A DNA stretch of 63,160 nt, filler included, from Octopus bimaculoides (GCF_001194135.2; 4 parts of 4 records of this genome joined end to end with filler, not necessarily neighbours in it); one strand, 5' to 3'. Positions 27,635-38,985 are shown, numbered from the whole stretch's first letter. The notes: generated from the sequence alone by a model not told the origin. A program made the numbers and translations.

Positions 27635-27959
27635 CACACACACACTCATACACACATATACACACACACACACATGTATATACACTAGATACAAGATGGG
27701 CTTCTGTGCAGTTTCCATCAGCTAAATTTTACTTGCAATATATTGAGTGACCTGATGCTACAGTAGAAAACATTCACCCTTGATGCCAAGCAGTTGAACT
27801 GATCTTGAGACCATGTAATTTCAAAGCAAAATTCTTAACCCCAATGCTCTCGTATGTAACTAATACTTATATTATTGACTCTTTGAAGAATGGAAATGAA
27901 AGCTATCCTTGGTAGTATTAAACTCTAAATACAGTGGGAGGAAACTACAACCAACAAGG

Positions 27960-28115
27960 AAGCTTCTCTGTAGTTGTGTTGCCTGTTAGAAATAGCATCT
28001 AATTTTCCCTCAAATCACACTTTACCGTCTTAAAGGCCACATTGGTTAGTGTAATCTTAGATACACCTGAGCAATAGGATGGTTGCAACTGGGCTAAACA
28101 GTAACAACAACAATA
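27960..28115 (+). repeat. Interspersed repeat family D with (AAC)n tail; relatives at about 5380-5440, 5630-5710, 6610-6690, 31060-31280
   Basis: Shared TAGAAATAGCA..TCACAC.TTACC.TCTTA and CTGGGGCTAAACAACAAC. Confidence 0.6.
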
Positions 28116-28264
28116 ACCACCACTGCCCCCATCATTGCTGCCGCCACTGCCGCCACCACCACGACTACTACTATGTGTCATTAGATCTCTCACTCGATCT
28201 CTGTACCATTGCAGTCGTGATTCAAAGAATTAACACACAAAAAGGGAATGAAAATAATTCTTAC

Positions 28265-28391
28265 CAGAACCATGTAATGTTCCTTCGCTATAATATTTGG
28301 TATTCAGAATTCCAATCTTCACAAAATGTCCACATACATCATTAACTGCCTTCTGAATTATGTTGTGCATTGACTGTTTTCTTGAACATGG
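28265..28391 (-). CDS. ADAMTS-like internal exon B (PCSRKQSMHNIIQKAVNDVCGHFVKIGILNTKYYSEGTLHGS)
   Basis: Acceptor ttgtgttacag, donor gtaaga, phase 0 to 1. Completes CTGKPC and bridges exon A to exon C in frame. Confidence 0.75.
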
Positions 28392-28724
28392 CTGTAACAC
28401 AAGCGACAATAACAGTCTAATATCATGTCACAAATATGCAAAGATTTTCTTCCCTACTGTTTAGATTTTTTAGACATGTGTCCTTAGTGAGAAATATAGA
28501 AGAAATAGTGATGAATAGATTTGGTTCCATAATTCTGACGGGTGGCACAAAGTGAAGTTGATGATAAAAGATTGAAATGAAATGATGAAATGTTTTATGG
28601 CAGGAGACTTGTCCAACATATACATTTTCAGGAAAAATAATTTTTAAAAACAGATGTAATATATATATGCAGTGCTCCAGCATGGAGCAATCAAATGACT
28701 GAAGCAAGCAAAAGAATAAAAGAC

Positions 28725-28765
<41 letters not shown>

Positions 28766-29169
28766 AGAGCCAAGGATCAAAGTGTAGGAAGTTAGTAAGC
28801 TATGAGTAGTACATAAAAGGTATAAAGAAACAACTTTCAGGAGCAATAGTGACATAGAAGGTTGTAAATTTTTCCCATATCAAAGTTCAATAAGCTGAAA
28901 AAATTGTTTTGTAATTTATGGTTAGCAGCAGTGGTTGTTGTGTATGTAAATGAAAAATCAAAATTAGGGGATGGAGTAGATAAAATCTAGGCTACCTATG
29001 TTTCATAGCTATCAGAACCTCAGTAATAGTAATTATCCGAATGTGAGGTAATTCACTATGAGAGGTATAGAAAATATAGCAAAGTATCAGGACCTAACCA
29101 TTGAGTTACAGAAACTATAGAAAGTGTGGTTAAAATATGTCCCTATACTTATAGGTGCCAAAGATATCT

Positions 29170-30200
29170 TAATGAAAAGAAGTTTACATTGTCATCAAGG
29201 GATCCTATGTTAATTTTCAGGAATCACTGTCCACTGTTTCTCTCAATCATCCAGAAATTTCATGGTGGTATGCAAGCAAAAGTGACACTTGGCAATGAAG
29301 CCTCAGAATCCTTTGATGTCTAGGTGGGGGTAAAACAAGAATTCATTCTTGTTCCTGAAATATTTAACATTTACCTGGTGACTGCAACCCTCCTTTCCAG
29401 GATACACTTCACCAAAGAAGACAGAATACATATCAGGTACTGCTGTGATGGTAGCATCTTTAACACTTGCTACCTGAAAGCCATATATGAATAACCATGG
29501 TGTTTGAGATTCAGTATGCTGATGATTCAGCTGCACCATCTCATATCTCTACCTCTCTTCAAAACATGATGAACTCAATGGTCAGTGCCCATTCTTGGCT
29601 CAGTCTTCAAGTGAATCATTGCGAAATTGAAGTTCTCCAACCAGCCTTCCCATACTCATCTCCCACCCTCAGCCTGTTCTTATTGATGATGCTCTTTTAC
29701 CACAGGTGAACTCATTCTGCTATCTTGGAAGCTCTCTTTGATGAGGAGATACTCTGCATCTTTCAAGAAACTCAACAAATGAGTCTTTCAGAACAAGAAC
29801 CTTAGAGCAAACACAAAAATCTCTGTTTATCAATATGTCTGTGTATCCACCCTCCTTAATGGGTCTGAGTGCTGGACAAAATACCTCATACCAAAATCCT
29901 CCTGAAGGCTGGGATCTACTGCATTGAGGGCTGAATCCTTTGTTGTCTTCTCCACTGGATTGGCTATGTAACTCGGATGCTGGGTAACTGTCTCCCAAAG
30001 ATGGTCCTCTACAGTGAGATTGAAACTGGAAGTAGGCCTCATGGACGTCCAAAACTTCGTTTTCATGATTATCTCAAACAGTCTCTTATTTTATGTGGTG
30101 TTCCTCTCAACTGACGGGAGCCCCTGGCTGTTAATCAGAAGGTGTGGAGGTAATCAGAAGGCTGGAATAGAGTACTTTGAAACCGTTCCTTGGAGCTGGT
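29170..30200 (+). mobile_element. Decayed RTE-clade LINE RT fragment
   Basis: FHGGMQAKV..SESFDV..GVKQ..FNIYL, YADDS, LGSSL, LLNGSECWT. Confidence 0.8.
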
Positions 30201-30529
30201 TGGTCTCATACTGACTTCTCTCAAGCACTTCCAACCTGCTCACCTCTATATCTCTCATCTCCTGTATTACATCCACCCCAGCCCCACACTAACCATTATC
30301 CTCAGATCTTTCTCAGAATATTGACCTTCTGGAGTCTTATTCCTTTTCTAAAGGTGTTGACCTACAACTGTTTAAATAAAACAGTAATATCTTCAAACTT
30401 GGTAGTCTGAAAGGGCTTGCAAAGCTTATGAGAACTATCCCTACCTTTAAACATGGCAAGCTCTATATCAACAGTGGTGACTTTTAGAATGCTTATTTTA
30501 GAAACATACACTGACTTATTTCTTCTTAC

Positions 30530-30590
30530 CTTTCCAGTACAAACAACAGAACTGTATTGCTGTCCCTGACATTTCGGACTGTTCAGTGGT
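30530..30590 (-). CDS. ADAMTS/ADAMTSL-like protein, internal exon A: end of a TSP1 repeat (PLNSPKCQGQQYSSVVCTGK)
   Basis: Acceptor cttatttcag, donor gtaaga, phase 2 to 0. The CxGxxxxxxxC pattern fits a TSP1 C-terminal half, and it joins exon B in frame. Confidence 0.7.
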
Positions 30591-30842
30591 CTGAAATAAG
30601 CACATATTTAACAATTTATTTAATCAACAATAAACATGAACTTAGAAATAAAAATAACAAATGTTTTAAGCAAGCGATGGTCATGTATGAAAAGTTGAGG
30701 ACTTTCGATAATTTGGTATTCTGTGACAAAATGACAAGGAAAAAGAGCAATCTGACACTTACTTTGTTTGAAAGTAAATTCTAACTCATTTGAAATAAAA
30801 GTTTTTCCGTTAACTGAAAAGTTGATCAGCCAAATATATAAT

Positions 30843-31060
30843 AATCCTTTCTACTTAAGGCACAAGGCCTAAAATTTTGGAGAAGGAGACTAATCGATTG
30901 CATCTACCCCAGTGTTTCATTCGTACTTAATTTATTGAACCTGAAAGGATGAAAGGCAAAGCCGACCTCAGTAGAATTTGAACTCAGGATGTAACAATAG
31001 ACGAAATGCTGCTAAGCATTTTGCCCAGTATGTTAACAATTCCGCCAGCCCACCACCTTA
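30843..31060 (-). mobile_element. SINE-A copy
   Basis: Reverse-complement core and head. Confidence 0.85.
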
Positions 31061-32047
31061 TAATAATAGCAGCCAAATATTCCCCACATTACATTTCACT
31101 ATATAAAAAAAATATGAAAGGACACATTACATAATGAAATCTGAGAGATTACTTAACGATGGAATGGACATGTTGGAATGCTTTTGGTCACAGGTCTGCT
31201 TAGTCAAGTTTGACCTGGGGCTAAACAATAACAATATTGTCATGTGCAAAAAGAGAGCCTCTACAAGGTAACTGAAACTGCTAGAAATAGCAGATAAATC
31301 TTAAAATTATTCTATAAAATCTTAAAAAGAAAGGAAACATTAGATAATATCCTCTAAGATACATAATGGCTAGGAAAAGGATAGGATGATTATAGTTATA
31401 TATCTGTTAGTTCAGTCAGGCTTAAGGAACACTGTCACCACAGTTACCACAATTATCATCACTACTCTCACCACTACCACTACTGTCAAGATATTTGAGT
31501 TTAGCAGAGCTCTTTCGACTTCAAGGCTTTTGACAAAGCCCCTACCTGTAAATGTTCAGGCTAGAACCACTACCTCAATCTCATCAGTCAAAGCGTGTAA
31601 CCTGCAAAGGTCTAGGGCACTGCCCTGCCACTATCTTACAGAAATAAAACATCTGAAGCCAGGTGTGTGGTCTAAGGAATCAGTTATCAGTGATGTTTCA
31701 GTGAATGAGAGATAAATCTCCTCTTGGATAGAGCACCAGTTTACTGCTGGTGACACTTCTAGAATATTTAGTTGGTTATTTTTGATTTAGATGAAGGCAG
31801 ACACATATCATTATGGGTTACACTCAGAAATATGTGTCACACTGAGACACTTATATTACACCCAGAGACATGAGTCACACTCAGAGATATAATATGACAC
31901 TTTACAGGACAAAACTTCCAGAGAGAAAGATAGATAGATAGATATGGATACACATGCACATATATATATCATGGTATTGACCATATTATCGGATGTTGTT
32001 ATACACCACTAGTCACAATGTACTTCTTCACATTGTTTTAGCTTTTG

Positions 32048-32079
<32 letters not shown>

Positions 32080-32164
32080 NNNNNNNNNNNNNNNNNNNNN
32101 NNNNNNNNNNNNNNNNNNNNNNNNNNTATATATATAATTATAAGATCTGGTAATTAGTCATATA

Positions 32165-32420
32165 TTAATATATTAATTAATATCGATTAATTATCAGGGG
32201 GCCAGCACATTTGTTTTGCAAGATGGCTGATGTGAAATTGTGTGTTGAAACAGTTATTGTTACATTTCAGGATGGCCATTTTTTTTTACCAAATAAACAA
32301 ACGCAGTATATATTCAGTCTTCACTTCAGATTTATTCTATTATTGTCCTTATTTTATGTTCTATATCTGGAAATTTTTTGTCACACATCTTGTAACCTCT
32401 TCAGTGACTCTCCATTCTAC
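32165..32420 (-). mobile_element. Penelope-type terminal-repeat-like non-autonomous element with a decayed hammerhead motif
   Basis: Aligns by eye to 58075-58290 (ctgatgtgaa..ttgaaacagttattg..ccaaataaac..gtcacacatct). The hammerhead GAAA reads AAAA here. Confidence 0.5.
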
Positions 32421-32993
32421 TAGTCACTTCCTGTTCTGTTTAGTCCATTTTGTCTTTCTATAGTGTATATCTTTATCTGCACATTCATATGTGTCTGTAC
32501 CTCTGTATGCGTGTGTGAGTGTGTGTGTGGGGNNNNNNNNNNTGTATACATGTGTGTACATCGCCTATGTGTTTTGTGTGTGTGCTTTGTTTGTGTGTAT
32601 ATGGGTTTGCTTACTATATTGTTTGTATCCATGGCTTTTATTTTTTCTTCTTTTTTTCATTTATTTTCTAATTTATTTCTCTATTCTTTCTCTTTTTTCT
32701 TTCCATTACATCTTAGATATGTGTATGTGTCTTTTGTATGTGTGTAGTTTTATGTATTATGCTGTTTGTATCTGTCATTTTATACCCATTCTGCCTTTAG
32801 TTGTCATGTAGTATAGTGTGGTGGTGGGGGTGCTATTGGTCCATTCATGTTTTCTGTGGAGGTTCAGTCTGTCACAGGACATAAATTAAAGACAATAATA
32901 AAATAAATCTGAAGTGTGGAATGAATATATAGTGCATGTGTTTATTTTGCAACAAAATTTTGTAAATGATCATCCCTATATATATATATATAT

Positions 32994-33093
32994 NNNNNNN
33001 NNNNNNNNNNNNNNNNNNNNNNNNNNNNNNNNNNNNNTTAATTAATTAANNNNNNNNNNNNNNNNNNNNNNNNNNNNNNNNNNNNNNNNNNNN
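32994..33093. other. Artificial scaffold spacer 2
   Basis: 44 N + TTAATTAATTAA (33038-33049) + 44 N. Confidence 0.9.
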
Positions 33094-33188
33094 AGAATTT
33101 ATCAAGTGGTTAGCATGAAAAAACCTCATAAGGGAAAAATTTATTAATTATTCCCTTTAAATATATATATATATTAAGAGCACCACTA

Positions 33189-33277
33189 TACATAAATGCC
33201 TCATGCTAGGAAGGACAATATGTTTATTATGGTAGTTTTGACTTTAAGAGTCCCTCCTAGTGTGAGGCATTTATGTA
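33189..33277. repeat. Small inverted repeat
   Basis: 28-bp arms 33189-33216 and 33250-33277 with 3 mismatches. Confidence 0.65.
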
Positions 33278-33445
33278 GAGCAACGCCCCCAATATAAATA
33301 TATATACATATATAAACATATCAATGTAGCATTTCATATATATTGAAAATAAAATCAGAGAATGACGAAGAAAGGATAACAGAGATTATTGTTGGTTATA
33401 TGGCAGATGAAGCAGAAACACAAAGAATTTGAATAGATGACTGAC

Positions 33446-33605
33446 CTTCGAGTGATTTCAGAGCATTGGGCTTTCTTCGGATTCGTGGAACAAATGAATT
33501 GTTGGAATTATCAATGTCATCTGTAAATTTAGTCTGTGGTCTCACAAGTTGACGTCCTGTAATCAATCTGTAGTTGTTAGGAGCTGCAGGCGTAGTGGCT
33601 GGAGA
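33446..33605 (-). CDS. EXOSC10: EXOSC10/RRP6 exon 5 (SPATTPAAPNNYRLITGRQLVRPQTKFTDDIDNSNNSFVPRIRRKPNALKSLE)
   Basis: Acceptor ttacttcctccaacag, donor gtcagt, phase 0 to 1. RPQTKFTDDIDNSNNSFVPRIRRKPNA matches recalled human RPQLKFREKIDNSNTPFLPKIFIKPNA. Confidence 0.93.
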
Positions 33606-34137
33606 CTGTTGGAGGAAGTAAAAATAACATTGCAATAAGTACCTCTCTCTCTGTAAAGAAAACACTCAGTTCACTCTGTAAGATGGTTGATGTCAAGAAG
33701 GGCATCCAGCTATACAAACCAGGTGGGTGGTCAGGCAGACAGACAGATAGGCAATTGTAAGATCCAAAGATCTGGGTGTAGGAAGTTAATAAATTTTGAG
33801 CAGTTTAGGCGTAGGAGTGGCTGTGTGGTAAGTAGCTTGCTTACCAACCACCAGTCTGATTTGACATGGATTCTACAGCTGGATGCCCTTATTAACGCCA
33901 ACCACTTTAGGTGTGTAATGAGTGTTTTTACAGGGCACCAGGATTGGCACCCACACCCGTAGCACATAAAAGCACCCATGTATTTATTTATTTATTTCAG
34001 AGAGTGACAAGTTCAAAAGAAGCTCTGTCCAACCACTCAAAGATAAGTCTGAGAATGAATAAAACAATTAAGCCCAAATCATTAGTTCAACAAAACATAT
34101 TTTGTCAGACTAATGATATAATTATTATATATAATAC

Positions 34138-34242
34138 CTTTTTATTCCAGCTTGCAATATTGGTCTGCTTTGGTTTGAAGTTGGTGATAACAAGTGTATT
34201 TTCTTGTTTTTTAATGCCTGAAGCTTCATCCAATAAATTTCC
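34138..34242 (-). CDS. EXOSC10: EXOSC10/RRP6 exon 4 (GNLLDEASGIKKQENTLVITNFKPKQTNIASWNKK)
   Basis: Acceptor ttgttttccag, donor gtatta, phase 0 to 0. GxLLDEASG and SWNKK match recalled human GILLDEASG...SSWNRK. Confidence 0.95.
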
Positions 34243-34549
34243 CTGGAAAACAAGAAGAAAGCAAAGTTTTAATAATTAGTTTAAATTTTTGACCATCTTC
34301 TTGCTAATGTCATGAAATACAGCATCAATATATTGTTACTATTTTAAGTATTAGTATTATTCTTATTATTATTATTCAGTAGTCTATTTTTATTGCATAT
34401 TTTCATTGCGTTACCAAGCACAGCCATGTGTACCTTGGCTATGTGCAATGTTTTGTTTTGATTATGTGGTTTCTATTGCATTCAAAATATTGTATATAAT
34501 GTTTATTATTATTATTCTTATTATTATTATTATTACTGAGTGAGTGAGT

Positions 34550-34730
34550 AAGGCAGCTCATTGGCAGAGTCATTAACATGTTGGGTAAAACGCTCAGCAG
34601 CATTTCATCCATCTTCACATACTGAGTTCAAATTCCACCAAGGTCCACTTTGCCTTTCATCTTTTTGGGGTCAATGAAACAAGTACCAGTTGAGCACTGG
34701 GGTTGATGTAATCAACTCACCTCCTCCCTC
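34550..34730 (+). mobile_element. SINE-A copy (EXOSC10 intron 3)
   Basis: Head GGCAGAGTCATTAAC, B box, core. Confidence 0.8.
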
Positions 34731-35559
34731 AAAACTGCAGGCAACCCACACATAAATGGTGCTTTTTGCATGCCACCAGCACTGGCAAGGGCCACAAGTA
34801 CAATATGATTGTGACTTGATTTGATTTGATTTTGATTTACTTGACTCAATGTCGCTCGACGATTCAAAGGTACTTTTTAAATGCGCTGGTTATGCGACAC
34901 TGGTGTAGGCTACAGCTGTGATCTCACTTTCCTTGCTGGGTCTTCTCAATCACAACATATCTCCAGAGGTCTCAGTTTTTCGTCGTTGCCTCTGTGAGGC
35001 CCACCGTCCAAAAGTCATGCTTCACCACTTCATCCCATGTCTTCCTGGGTCTCCCTCTACCATGGCACAGATGATGACAGGAGTGTATACACATACACAC
35101 ACACACACATATATATATATACAAATTATCATCATCATTTTACATCCATTTTCCATGCTGGCATAAACCAGACAGGTAATAATTTCTTATTATAACCCCT
35201 GCTCTCACACACAGGTGTTAGAATGTGTTATTTGGTTTGTTTTCTACAGCTTGATGCTGTTCCAATCACCAATCACTTTACAGAGTGCACTGGGTGCATT
35301 TGCTATGGCACCAGCATGATAGGGATAGCTAAGTCCTCAGCAAGACAGGCCTAAAGTGCCTTTGCAGCCCTACACCTTACCTACTCAAGAATGAACTGTG
35401 GAAAGAGAATTGTGGTTTCTTGACCAAGGATACATGATACAAACTACCAAAGCACTGATTAGTTCATCTGTTTCTCTTATGACAATCTAAAGTTGACCAT
35501 CACAAGAAAATATGTTAGCTGTTGTCTGAAAGCAATGAATGCAAAGAGAGAATACTTAC

Positions 35560-35686
35560 AATTTTCTCCAGCAGCTGGTCGTTGGCATCAATGATGTGCT
35601 CAAATCTATCTTCTATCTCTGTCGAGCTCTGACTTTCTGCCGCTATGTTTCCCTTCACAAGTTGGTGTTTCATAATGTTTTGAATG
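35560..35686 (-). CDS. EXOSC10: EXOSC10/RRP6 exon 3 (IQNIMKHQLVKGNIAAESQSSTEIEDRFEHIIDANDQLLEKI)
   Basis: Acceptor ttcttttgtag, donor gtaagt, phase 2 to 0. EIEDRFEHIIDANDQLLEKI resembles recalled human ELEDKFDLLVDANDVILERV. Confidence 0.95.
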
Positions 35687-36327
35687 CTACAAAAGAAATC
35701 ACCATCACAATAAACAAAATGGTCAGTAGATGGACATTCTAGCTAGACCATGAAAATAAATCATACATAAAGAACTTTTATCAATCATTTACATGGATTT
35801 CTATTTCAAATAAATTCATGTTTTAGTTTTTAAATTTTTAACCAGTTTTTTTTTGTAACTTTATTTTACAGTTTTCACCAGTTCCCAATCATTCAAATTT
35901 TCTCAAATTTTTCTGTTTTGTTATTCATTAATTTTTTTAGATTCCATGTATTTTTTTTTCTTTTGGTTTAAAAAAAAAATTTTTTTTTGTTTTTACCCCC
36001 ACTTACCCCTACTTTTATTTTAGTTTTTCTCAAGTCAGTACTTTTCCTTTTTTTAGGTTATTTTTAAAGCACGAAATTTAAATAAATATAACTTGGCTAC
36101 TTCAATAAACTGAAATCACAAGAAGGGAAAGGTTTTGAGATTGAATATAGAAACAAAAAAAAGATCTGAAGCAGAAATGGAAGTTTCACACTGAAATCAA
36201 ATTTTAATTTGACCCTTTAGGATTTAAACCAGCCACATCCAGCCCAAATATTCTACTTGTTTTAATTTCAAACCAGCCATATCCAGCCTCTCACACTTAC
36301 CCTACAATAATAATAATAATAATAATA

Positions 36328-36545
36328 ATAGTTTCAAATTTGGGCACAAGGCCAGCAATTTCCGGAGAGGGGTAAGTTGATTATGTCAACCCCAGTGCTT
36401 GACTGGTACTTATTTTATCAACCCCCTAAAAGGATGAAGAGCAAAGAGTGACCCAGGTAATATTTCAACTCAGAATGTAAAATGTTGGCAAAAATGCTTC
36501 TAAGTATTTTGTCCAAAGTGCTAATGATCCAACTGGCTTACAGCA
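36328..36545 (-). mobile_element. SINE-A copy (EXOSC10 intron 2)
   Basis: Reverse-complement core. Confidence 0.8.
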
Positions 36546-36602
36546 TTGTTGTTGTTAATAATAATAATAATGACTGATAAAATTAATGAAAATCCTGCTC
36601 AC

Positions 36603-36739
36603 ATATGTAGTATACGTTTGCCTTCAATTTCCATGATTTCTTGGAAACCAGGAAAACTCGAATAGAAGTCATAGTCATCTCCCTCGGCAGGCAATGCATT
36701 TGATGATTTCACGCACTGGAGAACAGTCTGGAGAACTTT
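36603..36739 (-). CDS. EXOSC10: EXOSC10/RRP6 exon 2, PMC2NT domain (KVLQTVLQCVKSSNALPAEGDDYDFYSSFPGFQEIMEIEGKRILH)
   Basis: Acceptor ttccttgtag, donor gtgagc, phase 0 to 2. LPAEGDDYDFYSSFPGFQ matches the recalled human EXOSC10 LPQFGDEYDFYRSFPGFQ. Confidence 0.95.
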
Positions 36740-36942
36740 CTACAAGGAATGAAACAAAAACAGGAAATTACAATTCAACCTCCACTACTTAGTGTTGCAT
36801 AATAATATAACAGACAATTCTTTGTAGCACAGCACTCAATACACAGTGTAAAAAGACTTTATTACTTTTTATGTTTTGTGTGTGTGTGATTACTGTGATT
36901 GGACTAATAGATAATCCTTAATTGTATCTACATTAATCTAGG

Positions 36943-37100
36943 TGCAGGCATAGCTGTGTAGGTAAGAAGCATTCTTTGCAACTACATGGTTTCAAGTTCA
37001 GTCCTAGTGTGGTACCTTGGGCAAAGGTCTCTTACAATATCTCCAAGACAACCAAAACTCTGTGAGTGGATTTGATAAATGGAAAGTGAAATAAGGCTGC
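36943..37100 (+). mobile_element. SINE-B 5' part
   Basis: Same head, truncated at a (GA)n tract. Confidence 0.8.
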
Positions 37101-37110
37101 TATGTGTGCA

Positions 37111-37161
<51 letters not shown>

Positions 37162-37191
37162 AAGCATATATATATATATATATATATATTA

Positions 37192-37423
37192 TATAGTTTT
37201 AGGGAAAATAACCAAGTTTCAAGAACTCATCAATGAAAATCCACTATCACATATAGAAAAATTAATAATTAAAAGCACAATAAATATTATATTTATCTTA
37301 TGATATTTACTTTACTTTATATTATACTCATTTATTGTGCTTTTAATTATTAATTTTTCTATATGTGATAGTGGATTTTCATCGATGAGTTCTTGAAACT
37401 TGGTTATTTTCCCTAAAACTATA
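37192..37423. mobile_element. MITE-like long inverted repeat in EXOSC10 intron 1
   Basis: Arms 37192-37285 and 37330-37423 (94 bp, 1 mismatch), 44-bp spacer, TA-rich flanks. Confidence 0.75.
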
Positions 37424-38124
37424 TATTTTATATATATTTTATCTATAAAGCTCAATTTAATTTTAATTTTTTATAAATTGATTTTAATTGAGTTTTTACC
37501 TGTAATTTTGGATTTTGTCCCTAATATTATTATTATTATATATATATATATATATATGGGAGTGCACCCAGCCATAGAAACCAAGCCAAATCAGACTGGG
37601 GTCTGGTCCAGTTCTCCAGCTTGCCAACTCTGGTCAAATCATCTAACCCCTACTAGCATGAAAAACGGACATTAAATGATGATGATGATGATGAATGTAT
37701 ATGTGTGTGGGTGTGTGTAGATTTGTCTCCTTGTTTTGACATTATGAGATTTTTGTAAATAATGTCTGGCCATGAGGAAATATTGCTTTGCTTGAACACA
37801 GGTGAGGATTGGTAACTGAAAGGACATCTGGCTATAGAAAATCTGCCTCAAGAAACTCCATCTGACCCATGCAAGCAAAAAAATATGAGTGTTAAAACAA
37901 TGATGACGATGATGAGATTAAAGCTATCAAATCCTGCAGGTACTAAATTACCAGCTTTAAAAGTGGTCTCAGGTTCGAAATCAACAAAATTGATCTAAGT
38001 GGTTTCCCATAGTTTTTGTCAGTTCTTATCCATTGAAACTACCCTCACATACATCATGAAACCATGTCTTATTCGCAGGTGCCACTTTTGAAATGGTTTC
38101 TAAGGATGGATACCCTCAATATTA

Positions 38125-38340
38125 CTTTCAAATGTTGGCACAAGGCCAACAAGTTCAGGGGAGGGGATAAGTCAACTGCACCACGACCAGTCCTCAACTG
38201 GTACTTATTTTACTAACTCTGAAAGGATGAAATAAAAAGTCGACTTTGGCAGAATTTGAACTCAGAACATTAAAGATGGACAAATTGTCACTAAGCATTT
38301 TGCTTGGCATGTTAAGGATTCTGCCAGCTCGCCACCTTAG
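38125..38340 (-). mobile_element. SINE-A copy
   Basis: Reverse-complement core and head. Confidence 0.8.
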
Positions 38341-38639
38341 ACGCCCTCAATATTGCCAACCATTTTACAGAGTGTTTTGTGTGCATGCTTTTGTGGCTCC
38401 AGCACAAGATAGGTTGCCATGTCCCTTGCAAGAATAAAGAACACTCTCTATGTTGTCTCTGTTCATTCATTGACCAGTACCAGAGAGGTAAGACTAAAGA
38501 GAGTTGCCTCTTCACTGCTCTGTGTCATCTCCATTTGTCCTTTTTCTTTTCTACACAAGAGGACCAAAACGAGAGGGTGATAGAAGAGAGAATAATAGAA
38601 AAGAGAGTGAGGGAATGACAAGATGCATGACAACTGTTG

Positions 38640-38985
38640 CTACAAAACTCGGCTTGCAAAGACCCGTTGGGGCATGCGAAAGCGAAATCGTGATGGCACC
38701 TGTGCTCAGCGTCGCCTTCCTAGCACTTGTGCCGGTGGCACGTGTAAAGACTTTCGAGTGAGATCATTGCCAGTGCTGCTAGACTGGCTCCTGTGCAGGT
38801 GGCACGTAAAAGCACCCACTACACTCTCAGAGTGGTTGGCGTTAGGAAGGGCATCCAGCTGTAGAAACTCTGCTAGATCAGATTGGAGCCTGGTGTAGCC
38901 ATCTGGTTTCACCAATCCTCAGTCAAAACGTCCAACCCATGCTAGCATGGAAAGCGGACGTTAAACGATGGTGATGATGATGATG
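38640..38985 (+). mobile_element. SINE-C copy; shorter relatives at 4545-4690, 12890-13080, 33850-33975, 34740-35330, 37560-37910
   Basis: GCAGGTGGCACGTAAAAGCACCC..GTTAGGAAGGGCATCCAGCTGTAGAAA..GGAAAGCGGACGTTAAACGATG. Confidence 0.85.

Noticed and set aside
30530-33605. EXOSC10-ADAMTS fusion protein
   Set aside because: EXOSC10 exon 5 ends in phase 1 and ADAMTS exon A starts in phase 2, and an artificial spacer lies between them.
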